DNA of 63,998 bases, filler included, from Piptocephalis cylindrospora (taxonomy: Eukaryota), in the NCBI GenBank assembly GCA_003614145.1. It is 3 parts of 3 records of this genome, joined end to end, with 100 filler letters (N's around TTAATTAATTAA, not from the genome) between each part and the next. Parts side by side here need not be neighbours in the genome. Positions count along the whole stretch, not along the records: positions 45,663 to 63,998 come from KZ987837.1; 2 more parts are not named here. One strand, written 5' to 3'. Each line of letters opens with the position of its first letter. The stretch's first letter is position 1. The notes beneath the pieces were generated by a model. That model was not told the DNA's origin, did no database searches, and worked only from the letters and a program-made list of their open reading frames with translations. Made by a program: the position numbers and the translations under genes. Shown piece after piece: positions 47,781-60,564 of this stretch.

Positions 47781-50700
47781 ATGTCCTCCCAGATACGATC
47801 TGATTACCCCCCCAAGGATCCCCCTTTACGGTCCAGAAGCTATCGGGAGGAAGAGGAGGAGAAGAAGGAGGCCATGTCCATGAGGGGGGGATTCAAGAGT
47901 CGATCCAATCAGTTCAAAAACCAACAGTCCTTCATGGATGAGACATCAGAGGAGGAGGAGGACGACGACGATGATGATGATGATGATGATGATGGGGAAA
48001 TCCGACCAGTCGTCCGGGTCAACAAGGCGGTAACTCGAAAATTAAGTCTGGTCTCCGTCACAAGTCCATCCTCTAAACATCGTCGATCCATCTCCGAGCA
48101 GGGGGACGCCAGGCCCATGGACGCCAAGGAGTGCGGAAAAAGTCACTCCTTGGACTACCTTCACATCACTACACCACCCTCCCATACCCCTTCCCATCCC
48201 ATCAGTCCCCCCTCCTCCTCCTCCCCTCGCCCTTCTCACCACCGTCATCCCTCCTCATCCACCCTGGATCAAGTCACCGAGGAGAGCACCCCCCCATCCC
48301 CCACCTCCCCCGATCACTCGGTCTCCTCGTCAAAGACCAAAGAGGGTCAGGCTAGGGTGGAGGCCCTTCTCGCCCGTCTACAGCAGGAATCCTCCTCGGT
48401 CCACGCCATGACCATCGACCCCTCCTCCTCCTCTCTGGCCTCCAGCTCCGCAGGGAGTATCAGATTGACCTGCAGGGAGGAGGGGGAGGATGAGGACGAG
48501 GATGGCGTGGTCGACAAGGCTCTAGCCTCCTCCACGGGACTCGAAGACATGATGGGCACGCTTCGTCGGGAGGCCCAGGAGAGAAGGGCTCGGGAGGCCC
48601 AGGAGGACTCGGGCTGGGCAGGGGAAAAGGAGAGGGATCCTCTGAGCCCCCACGAGGTAGGCCTTGGCATCTCTCACTCCGAAGCCATGACCGCCATCAA
48701 TCTGGATGAAGAGGAGGAGGCGGAGGAGGAGGAAGAGGCCTCGAGTAGCTTTTTAGTCGATGATATGCGACAAGGCTATGACCTAGATGGTCTGGGGCCG
48801 GATGATACGGAGAGATTCCCCTCGAGAAGAACCTCCGGTCTTCCCTCCACCTCCGCTACCCACTCCCCTCTTGTCCAAAACTTCCCTCGAGAGGACGACG
48901 AGGACAGGAGCTGGCGTCATCCCGAGGATGAACAAGGGGACTGGAACCATCCCGAAGAGGAAGAGTACAAGGAGCACAGGGGAATCTCTGGGTTGGAAAG
49001 AAGAGATTGGGATCACGAGGATGAAGAAGAATCCCCAGCGTTAACCTTGACTGGAGCCGATAGTTCCTGGGCAGCGCAGGAACACACCATCCCCACTGGG
49101 ACCGAAGGTGCCTTGGGCATCCCACGAGGCCATGGCATCAAGGAACGCTCCCCAAGTCTATGCTCCGTCGCCAGCAGCGTCGGATCCGATGGGGGCGCCG
49201 AAGCCCTTCTTGCCCGCCTGGAGGCCATGAACGAGGCGCTCATGTCCGGGAAGAGTCTGCTTGACCCGGATGATGAGGAGGGTCCCCAAAGGAGAAAGGA
49301 GGATGAGATGGAGCGTATTGCCCTGAGAAAAGAGACCTTTACCCGTGACATTGATCAACTTCAACGCGACCCCGATATTCAAGACGTCGACTGGAGTAAG
49401 TCCCCTCTGAGTCATAAAGAGGAGTAGCCTCCCACTCATCCCCCTCCCCTTCCCTCCCCCCACAGCTTTCTGGGGCCCTCTCCTCAAGGATTACGAGGGG
49501 ATGACCTCAAAGCACCCGAGACGTGTTGCTCACAGGATGCAACAAGGCATTCCCGATGCTGTTCGCGGCATGTGCTGGCAGGTCATGTCCGGCCCCAGGG
49601 ACCCTGATTTGGACGCTCAGTACGCCTCCCTCCTCGAACTTCCCTGCAGGGACGCTAGGACCATTGAAAAGGATCTCCCAAGAACCTATCCTCAACATCC
49701 CTACTTCAAGGAGGAGGCCTCCGGCGGTCAGGCGGCCCTAGGTAGGGTCGTCCGTGCCTACGCCGTCTACGATGATGGCGTCGGCTACTGTCAGGGCATG
49801 GCCTTTATCGCCGGCGCTCTCCTGCTCCACATGCCCGAGGAAGCTGCATTTGGCGTCCTCGTCCGTCTCATGGTCTCCTACGGCCTTCGTGGTCATTATA
49901 CCCCGAGGATGCCCGGTCTCCGCAGGAGACTTCATCAGTTTACCCGTCTCCTCGAACGGCATGACCCGGACATCGCTCAGCTTCTCGATGGTGAAGGCAT
50001 TGCCCCAGAGGCCTTTGTCGCCCCCTGGCTCCTCACCTGCTTTGGCTACCGCTCCCCCCTCACCCTCGTTCTCCGTACCCTCGACGTCCTCCTCGCCGAG
50101 GGCCCCGAGGCCCTAGTCCGTGTGGCCGTCGCCATCGTCCGACTCGGCAGGGATCGTATCCTTCAGGCTGGTGCCGACTTTGAAGCCCTCATGCCCATCC
50201 TCCAAGGCGGCTCTCTTCTTGAATCCAGTGATGAGCATTGGACCGAGGAGGTTCTGCAGGAAGCTGCCCTCGTCAGGGCCCGGGTCAATGATATGAATCG
50301 ATGGGCCGAGGAGTGGGAGGAACGCGCCACCGAGGAACGTGGCAGTGAGGAACGGGAACGATGGGAGCGACAGGTCCGTCAGCGGGAAGAGGGCCATGCC
50401 GAGGAGGAAGGTAGACTCCGCTCCAAAGTCGTCTCCCTCGAGGCCGAACTCGAAGAACTCCGTCGAGAACAGTGTGTCCTGGCCACCGCCGCTGTCGAGG
50501 AGAGGATCGCTGCGGGTGAGGCCAGGGACCGTGCCATCCTGGCTGAAAAGGCCCTCAAGGAGGAACGAGAGCATGGTGAAGCCAGGGTCCAAGGCGAACT
50601 GGAGGAACTAGCCACCCGCAATGCCTCCCTTCTTCAGGAGAGGTCCGAGCTCGAGGACAAAGTCGAGGCCCTGGATAGCGCCGTCATGGCCGCAACCGTC

Positions 50701-50979
50701 GCCCGGTGCGAGGCCGAAGGCAAGATCATGCAACTAGAGGTCCGTATTGCCCGTGAGGTCGAGTACCATCGGCAGGCCGATGAGCAGATCAAGGATCTCC
50801 AGTCCTCCCTTGCCTCCATGGAGCAGGATGTCATTGCCGCCAAGATGGCTCTGTGTGAGGCTGAGGGCGAGAAGATGGACCTGGAGCACCGCGTTCTCAC
50901 CCTCCGCAAGGCCAGTACCCGGTCCAACCTTGAAGCCTCTGTCGTCAGCACCGTTTCGGAGATCAGCCTGGAGGACTAG
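47781..50979 (+). CDS. TBC-domain Rab GTPase-activating protein (Gyp5/EVI5-like) with acidic N-terminus and C-terminal coiled coil
   Basis: Intron 49396-49465 joins two ORFs (DVDW-T-FWG). GIPDAVRGMCWQ, R-finger IEKDLPRT, Q-finger YCQGM, PWLLTCF. Confidence 0.9.
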
Positions 50980-51195
50980 AGGTCATGGAATATAGAGGGG
51001 GGGCGGTAATGTGTATTTATCGGATGGGAAATGAAGGGAGAGCGCCAACTTGAATATGCATCAAGTGAGGAGATGCTGTTATTATTATCATTATCACCAC
51101 TAGCTCTTCAAGATTATTCGTGTGAAATGAGCACCAAAATCACATAAAACCCACTCGAGTGTATTCAGAGCATCAACATCAACACCGTCCATCCC

Positions 51196-51888
51196 TTATA
51201 GACCCTTGGGGATGGGAGAATCGATCTGGGAAGCCCTGTACCGCGCCTTGTGGTCCTTACGCGCTTGCACCCGTGCTTGTACCTCCTCGCTAATCGGTGC
51301 TCGAATGATCGCCTCGTTCTGAATCATCCGTCCACGCTTGAGCACCAGCGCGTCATGTGTCACCGAGGAAGGCCAAGTCCCTTCAGATTCTTCTCCTTGG
51401 TATTGAGGGTCATCCCAAAACAATCGTACCTCCGGCGCCGGCTTCGATTGCAGCACCCGACGGCCCTCCAGACGCGTCAGTACATGCCGAAGCTGTTCCA
51501 CCCTTGTCTTCACCATATCCTGCTCAAGTACCCTTCGTCGCACTATCGGCTTTTTTAGGTATTCTGGATCCCGTCGCTTCTCCACCGGCATCTCCAGAAT
51601 GGCCTGCCTCAGTCCCCGCGCCACTGACTCCTCCAGGCCCATTGCCACCACCATCGGTCGCCACAAGTCCTTTCGGATACTTGGGGGCCGGGTCGTCGGG
51701 TCGGGAAGCTGATTCCTCAAAGAGTCATCCTACGACAATGCGAGAAATTAAGTATAAAAGGCCGAGTTTAGCCATCCCCATCTCGCACTTACACGGAGTC
51801 CCTCGGAAAGGTTGATGATGACCTGTTGAGTCCGGATATTCCGGTAAAAGTAAAGACCGCGTGCACGACCCAGAGCTTTCGTGGCCAT
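51196..51888 (-). CDS. MHR1: Mitochondrial ribosomal protein mL67 / Mhr1-like
   Basis: LYFYRNIRTQQVI, NQLP..PPSIRKDLWRPMVV, LFWDD..WPSSVTH; intron 51730-51792. Confidence 0.7.
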
Positions 51889-52284
51889 CTTAGACAGGAG
51901 AGGGTGAGAGGCGACGGGACGGAACAGGATGGGATGGGGAGGAAAAGAGCGCGTCGGAGGGCCAGGACTCATAGCGGATAGAGGGGCCTCTAAAGAAAAA
52001 GCAGAGGCGTTTCCATGCACACGGCCAAGCATCAATCCCGAATGTAAAACTACCCGGTTTTTAGCGGTATTTTTCATGGAAACTACATACTGTTTTTAAA
52101 GTAGTCTGTACCATATGCGGACATGGAAAATACTGATTCATTTCCCAAATACATTTTGCTGTTTATACGAGAGAAGACTGATTCAGTCAACAGGACTCTC
52201 AAGTGTTTTGTTGTAAAGATCCTCGGATGACTCCCTCGTGAGAGTCTACTTGAATCTCCTCCCCCCCTCCCCATCTCTATCACA

Positions 52285-53697
52285 ATGATTTCCGGAGAAG
52301 GATTCAACGCAGAACACGTCTTTCTCGTTCTTCGACACACTCTAGGCTCGTGGGTCTTCACGTCCGTCCTCTATGCAAGTTTACGGGTTGCGGGTTGGTA
52401 TACCTCCCCGGTTTATAAACCCCTCATGGCATACACGGCCCTTCTGGTCGTGCACTCAGCCTGGAAACGCTATCAGAGAAAGAAGGTCAAGCCTCTAGAT
52501 TATAGCGAGGAAGTCGTCCTGATTACCGGAGGTAGGTGCTGTGTGTATCTGTTAACGTTACATATATATGATCCTGACTCTCGTTCATTAGGCTCTGGCG
52601 GGATGGGTTGGTCTTTGGCCCAAATCCTGGCTATGCAAGGGGCTGATGTCATCACCCTCGATCATCGGGAGGCCCCTAGTCGTCATGAGCGTAATATATC
52701 CTCCTATCTCTGTGACCTCACCGACTCCTCCCAGATTGAGCAGATCTCTCAGCGCATTCGTAAAAAGGTAATTAATTAAGAATATTGACATGTGCATCGG
52801 TGCGCCCTTATTTTTCTGATTTCATCACCCTTCCTTAGCATGGAGCAGTGACTATCTTGATCAATAATGCTGCCATTACCAAACCAGCCCTACTGACCGA
52901 GGTCACGGAGGAAGGGCTCTTACGGTAAGATGATCCTAATCTTCCATGGCACAGCTTCACCTTACCTTCCCCATTCCAATCTCAGAGAGTTCAAGGTAAA
53001 CGTCATCGCCCCCTCCATGATGATCCGCGCCTTCCTCCCGGACATGCTCCATGCCAATCATGGCCATATCATCACCATTGGCTCAGTCCTAGGTGCCACG
53101 GGTTTTGCCTACGGCGGTAAGCCCTACACATCCACTGTACGATCTATATACTGCTATCTCATTCCCTCTGCTTTCACTTAGCTGGTTATTGCTCCTCCAA
53201 GGCCGCCCTCTCCCGCCTTCATGAATCCCTCAGTCAAGAACTTCAGCATATGTAATGCCCTTGTCACTATCTCTCTCTCCTTCCGCAACTTCTCATTCAT
53301 CATAATTCCATAGTCATACGACAAGCAAAGTGCATGCCTCTTACATTATCCCTGCCCATATTAACACCCCCATGTTCTCCCAGATTGGCCAGGCCAGTCC
53401 CCTCGCCACTTTTTTTCTCCCCATGGCCCAGTCGTTTGAAGTAGCCCGGGATGTTGTTCGGGTCATCGATGCCCAAAACTCCACCACACTTTATCTCCCC
53501 ACCATGTCCAGATTCTCCCTTCTATACCCTCTCTTTCCCACCTGGCTTCTCAATGTGTTTCATTGGGTAAGTGAAAAACATGCTTTTCTGTGTGGGGGTC
53601 TTTACCCTTCTCATCCTCTATCCATTAGGCCTCGAACTCCACCCTAGCCTTCAAGTCCATGATGCCACCCGAAGATCAAAAGGCCCATACGCAGTGA
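52285..53697 (+). CDS. Membrane-anchored short-chain dehydrogenase/reductase (RDH10/DHRS3-like)
   Basis: VLITGG|SGGMG, ILINNAA, FLPDML..NHGHIITIGSVLG, catalytic YCSSK, INTPMF; several short introns. Confidence 0.88.
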
Positions 53698-53870
53698 TCA
53701 CCCCGCAGCTAATCCTAATTGTTATTCGCTGCGCCAACATATCATCCAGGAGTCCATGAAAATCAACTATTTTTGGAACAACCACAGCAATATATGTTCA
53801 TCTTTCTCCATCTCACCTTACCTCACCGCACACACAGAGCTTATCCCAGTCCAATGTCATGTAAGCCACA

Positions 53871-56812
53871 TTAACGGAGATGACGGGGGCGCCAGACACT
53901 AGGCTTGCTCTCCTCCTTCCCACTGTCCTTGGACCCACCAGAAGTGGAGGATGGAGGAGAGGGAGTGTCGGGGCCGCGACGGGTACTAGGAGGAACGTAC
54001 TTGCCTCGGCTTCCAGCCCCACCGGCCCGACCGCCCGAGACGGATCGGGCGGCAATCTTCTCCTCGGCCAGACGCTCACGCTCCCTTTGCTTGGCAGCCT
54101 GCTCGTCCAACTTCCGGAGACGTTCAGTCTCCTCAGCCTTAGCTTGAGCCTTGGCTTCAGCCTCAGCTTGCTCCTTAGCCTCGCGCTCCTCCTGCTCCTT
54201 GGCCTCCTTCTCCTCCTTTTCCCGCTGGATCCGGGCTTCTTCGGCCTCAAGCTCCTCCTTCTTAGCCTTGGCATCCCGGTAGGCGGAAAGGCGCTCGTCG
54301 ATGGCTTCCTCAATAGCCTCATGAGCCTTCCTCTCCTCCTCATCCCGCTTCTCGTCCCGGCGAGCACGGATCATGTCACTGTAAGACTGAGCCTGAGCCC
54401 GGAGACGGCCAAGTCTCTTGGCAGCGTCCTGGATGTGAGCAAAGCGCTCGCGAGCCTGAGTGATGGTGGTTTCGGTGGCACGCTTATAAGCAGCGGCATC
54501 AGCTTCAGCTTGTGCCTTGGCATCGGCCTCGAGAAGGGGCACCTCCTCGCGACGGCAGGCCCGCTCCATGTGGTCCAGACGTTTAGCAGAGGCCTTGAGA
54601 CGGGCAGCGGTCTCGGCCTTCTCCTTCTCCAGACGACGCACTTGAAGAGCCATGAGGGCATCGGTGGTCTCCAGACCTTCACCGGCCCCACCAGCGCCCG
54701 ATGCACCGGGGGAAGCCACCATGGAGGGGTCCGAGAGATGCATGGACTCGGCCAGCTTCCTGGCCTCCTCCCGGGCAATAGCGGCGCGCTCAGCCTCCAT
54801 GCGAGCAACGGCCCGATCCCGGACGCGCTTCTCAGCGGCTTCAGTAGCAGCCTTAGCCTCTTGGGCCACACGAGCAGCGCGGGCTTCGGCCTCTTCCTTC
54901 TCCTTGGCGGCCTGGGCGACCTGGGCAAGCTGACGACGCTTAGCACCAAAGGCCTTACGGGCCAAATTCTCCTGCCGAATCCATTGAGCAGCCTCCTTAA
55001 GCTTCTGGGCCGTGGCCTCATCCCCGGTCGGAGCTAGGGTGGGGGAAGAAGAGGAAATGGCCTTGTTCAGAGACTGATCCAGTTGTGAGAGGTGATGGTG
55101 GAAGCGGGAGGGCAAGGAGGACTGGAGTTGACCAGACCTTGTGCCGGATCCGGGACGAATAATGAAAATGCCGCTGGCTTCGTCGGTGGCGGAGCCAAAG
55201 TGAAGAACACCAGTGGCATGATCCATGCGGATGGTCAGATCACCACGACGACAGGCGGTGAGAATAGCCTGTTCCAGCATACCCTGCTGAATATACTTGT
55301 CGGTAGAGGGGGAGGCATTAGAAGTACCCTCTTGGAGCGGGGCCACAAGCTTCTGGAGCCTCTCCATACGTAGAGTGGTGTAGACTTGGGAAAGCTGCTG
55401 AAGGAGACGGGAAAGAACGACGCGACGAAGACCTTGAACGTAGCGAAGGCGGGCATCTTTACCCAAATCCTCCTCAGCATCCTTCTGGGATTCGGTCTCG
55501 ACTTCGGTCAAGAGAGGGGCCATAGTCTTGCAGATGGAGAGGGGATGGAAACGAACCTCCAGGGCGCCGTGCAGGGCACGGACCGAGGGGGAAGCGTGAG
55601 TGAGAACACCACGGGAGTAGGCATCCTGGAGGAGGCCAGCACGGGTGGGGGGGGAGGAAAGGCCGAGGAGGTGGGTAAGACGACCAGACTTGTTCTCAGG
55701 GCCAGCGGTACCGGATGATTCGATGGGAATTGCAAGAATGGAGAGGAGGACGCCAGAGGCCATAGAAGCGGATGTCTCGGCAGAGACATCGTCTCCCTGC
55801 ATGCGCCAGAGCTGGTAATGACGGAGACGGGCGGCGGCGTGGAAGAGAAGATTGTCGGAGACAAGGAAGATACGGGCCAGCTTAGCGTAGTAGTTCCTCA
55901 TCATGTGAGGACGAGGGGCACGCTTAGCGAGGGCAAGGAGATGATGAATGTCCTCGACAGTGCGGAAAGCCTCTTGCCAGAGGTCAAGCTCGACAGCAAC
56001 GTTGAGCTGAGCAGACCGGGTGTCAAGATGACGCTGCAGGGTATCGGGGTCGGTAAGGTCGATAGAGTGGGCCTGATGAGCATACTTTGTGGCAGCCGTG
56101 AGATGGGTACGGAGGAGGTCGCAAAGACGACGGAACTCGATCTTGCGAGCATGAGCCTCGCAAAACTGGAAGGCCCTCTGGGTCATGGTCTGGTAGAGAC
56201 CCTCGAGACGAGCATTGTTCCGGAGAATGTCCAGGACGGACCTGTACGACTCCCAGACCATACGCAACCACGGAGTAACAACGGAGCGGTCCGTGCGCTC
56301 CTTGGAGCCGTCGGTAGAGACAGTGGCAAGGAGGATGGACTCGGGGGTCTCGACGGCCTCAAGATCTTCCACCTCACCGTCACCGCTTTCAGCCTGAGCC
56401 TCAGCCTGGGCAGCCTTAAGACGAGTCTCGGCCAACTTGACATAATGCCTCACAACCAGCTCAATGGTGGGGATGGAGGTGTTTTGCTGAGCATTCTTAT
56501 ACTGATGCAGGGCTTCACGAGCCTGCTTGGACTTTTTCAATTCGACGCACAAGTCCATCAACCGGAGCATAATGGGCTCCAGGATGGTCAGAGCGACAGA
56601 TCGAGACCTTTTGGAGACGATCACCTCATGAAGGAGCTCGAGGGCCGTGGGCTGTTGTCCAACGGCAATGAGCTCTATGGACAGGAGGGATGATTGGGTG
56701 GGATGAGCATGTGTGGGGTTGATATGATGATATTGCTGTTTATGAGAAAGGAAAGGGTCTTACCCTCAGCCCGCTTCAGGGCGTTTTCCGGACGCTGAAA
56801 GTAAGGACCCAT
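53871..56812 (-). CDS. RPG1: Eukaryotic translation initiation factor 3 subunit A
   Basis: MGPYFQRPENALKRAE|ELI, ALHQYKN, TPESILL, VTPWLRMVWESYR, EFRRLCDLLR, LDLWQEAFRTVEDIH, PCI domain and charged coiled coil; intron 56675-56763. Confidence 0.96.
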
Positions 56813-57618
56813 CGTACAAGAAGATGGATGGATGGATGAATGGACGGATAGATGGGTGAATATGAGATGGATGGAAGGGAGGATGGGTTTCCGCGTACGC
56901 TAGTATGGGAGGCGACGTGTGCGGGGGGAAAGGTGGGCGATGTGGAGGGATAGTTGTGTTGATGTCTTGGGGGAGTGGTGAAGTGTGTGAGAGAGCCAGA
57001 CTGTGTGTGAGGGAGAGGGGCTGTGTGTGAGGGAGGGAGGGGCTGGCGGAGCTGGGCTGGGCTCCTTCAGCATAACTGACTGGCTTTGGTATGTGGAGGA
57101 GGCCAGCATGGATATGGAGGCGTAAGCGGGTGGCACACCGTGTAGAGTGCGCGAGCAAGAAGAGTCGGATCGCGACAAGACCAAGCGAGATCACACCCCC
57201 CGATCATCAAGTCCTCTACACAACAGGCATAGGAGAGATGAGTAAACAAATAAATACATACATGGAAAAAAAAGCCACCACCCGTGAATAAGTGATCAAA
57301 TAAAACATTCAAGCCCTATTCTCTTCATTCTCCCCTGCACTCCTTTCACCCGTAGCCTCACAGAAAAACCAAACGATCAAGGAACCGAGGAGCCATTCAC
57401 CCTATATTCTCTCATACAGACACACACACACACGCACATACGCAGTCAAGATCGGACGAGTGGGAGAAGAGAAAGAATGAGCGAGGGGGACGTGTGTGGG
57501 AATGTCCCCCCTCTCCTCATCTTCCTCCTCTGTCTCTCCCCTACATTCAATCAATTCCACACTTTCCCTTTGAATCATCCCCTCCATCCAATCCCATGAT
57601 GTTAGGTGGCTCCAATTT

Positions 57619-58825
<1,207 letters not shown>

Positions 58826-59284
58826 TCACACTCGCTCATCCAGGCCTGGCCCAGGATGGAGACTGCATGGGGGAGTAAGGGATGACATGGTGGTCATCAT
58901 CAGGGATGAAGGGGGCATTATTGAAGTACACACACGAACACACGATAGTAGAGTGATGAGGGAGGAGAGGATAGATGTGTGTGCTTTATAGATAGGGGAA
59001 CACAGATTGGTACAGTGTGGATGAGTCCATCCTCCTTGCCCTTCTCTTAGACTCCTCCTCATACCAGATACGCGTGTGTCCCACACGACACATTTATTCT
59101 GGTCCCAGTTTTGGGTCAGGAGAAAGCACTCATTCCTGCCGTCCATTTACACCGTTTTTTTTGCTCTGCGATCTCAACAAGACGTCTACTCGGGTCTTCC
59201 AGCCATTACACATCCCCTCATAGATACAGCCGTTGTCAATAGCCCATACAACGCGTCTCCTTGTAATCCTAGATGAACTCAGTA

Positions 59285-59390
59285 ATGGCAGCCTATTTTA
59301 GTTTCCCTCGGCAAAGCAGACAGATATCCGAACGCTATACCCACAAAAGTAGTTGGCATATGTGGTACTAAGGGATGGACCCCTGGCGGT
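59285..59390 (-). mobile_element. SINE-like structured repeat, copy F (decayed)
   Basis: Minus strand CGCCAGGGGTCCATCCCTTAGTACCACATATGCC...GGTATAGCGTTCGGATATCTGTCTGCTTTGCCGAGGGAAACTAAAATAGG. Confidence 0.65.
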
Positions 59391-59647
59391 GTTGCATGAA
59401 TTTATTGTGCCATTAAAATGTATCAAAGAATCTATCAACTCATCTGGAAGCCATTTTTATTATTATCGGCAAAGTTAAAAGTATGCGTTCTTGTTAGAAT
59501 CAACACGCGCAAAGTCAAGACATTGAAGCTATTCAGGTGATGATCCATTACACAAAAAAAATATTATTTACTACTAATACTACCCATAATTTGCATCCTC
59601 CATCTTTAAAAATAGGAACAGATAAAAAAATAGAGTTTTAACTATCG

Positions 59648-59749
59648 AATGTCCCTGGTATCACACAGGTCAGTCTAGGCGGACCATGCGTTCGGATACT
59701 CTGTAGCCTGCCTCATGAAGGAAAATAGGCCGGTTTTATCATCATCATC
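59648..59749 (+). mobile_element. SINE-like structured repeat, copy E (5'-truncated, (ATC)4 tail)
   Basis: AATGTCCCTGGTATCAC...GCGTTCGGATACTCTGTAGCCTGCCTCATGAAGGAAAATAGGCCGGTTTTATCATCATCATC. Confidence 0.85.
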
Positions 59750-60564
59750 GTAAATATTGGTAGGCGATGCTCGAATCACATCTACTTTTCGTTTTATTCG
59801 TACACCATCTCTTTCTTAGTAGATATTAGCCTATGAAATATCCCTTATCCCCTGGCATTTCCCATCTCAAAGGTACACACATGCACGTTTAATCCTCTGC
59901 GTCTCCTCCCTACACTTCCTCCAGACACCTGTGAGAGGTACATGAAATGTCGAAAAGGATGATGCAGCACTACACAGGCCATCATGACTCTTTCATTCCC
60001 TTGTCCTTTCTATGCACTCCTTTCTTTATATCTGAACCGGCAATGGACATACTACTTTTTCCTCTTCACTTATCCTGTTGGCTCTTCTTGCAGAATTGAT
60101 GAATGCGTGCAGGGAATATGCATGTTCCTACTCTATCCCTCTTTCTCTCTCTTTGACACTCGTCTGCCTTGTTCATCAACCAGGTCATGCTGGGATGATT
60201 CATTCAAAGCCTAGATGCCTTAACTACCATCACAGCCTTGATCATCCACACTTGTGAACCCTGTAGTACTGTCATTGTGCACCACTCTCATCTCTTGAGA
60301 CCCTGGGGATCAACCAGCCTTGATCTCTCCGACTCCTCTCTCTCTCTCCTCACCAAATCCCATCTTCCCGTCCATCTCCGCTACCTACCTGCCTTCCCCG
60401 CCTCCTTCCCACCACTGCTCAGCTTCCTCTCCCCACTCATTTTCTCCTCCTCCTTCTATTATCACTCCACTTCCCCTCTACTAATCATCCATACCTTCTT
60501 CTTCTCCCCACCATTTTCCACTCGAGCCCCAGCCTCTCTCATCCCCCCTTCCCCCTCCCCCTCC

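Noticed and set aside
53880..56693. Long + strand ORFs (385 aa, 291 aa) opposite eIF3a; similar ones opposite KRS1, GSP1 and the TBC gene
   Set aside because: Antisense shadows of codon-biased genes with no protein motifs.
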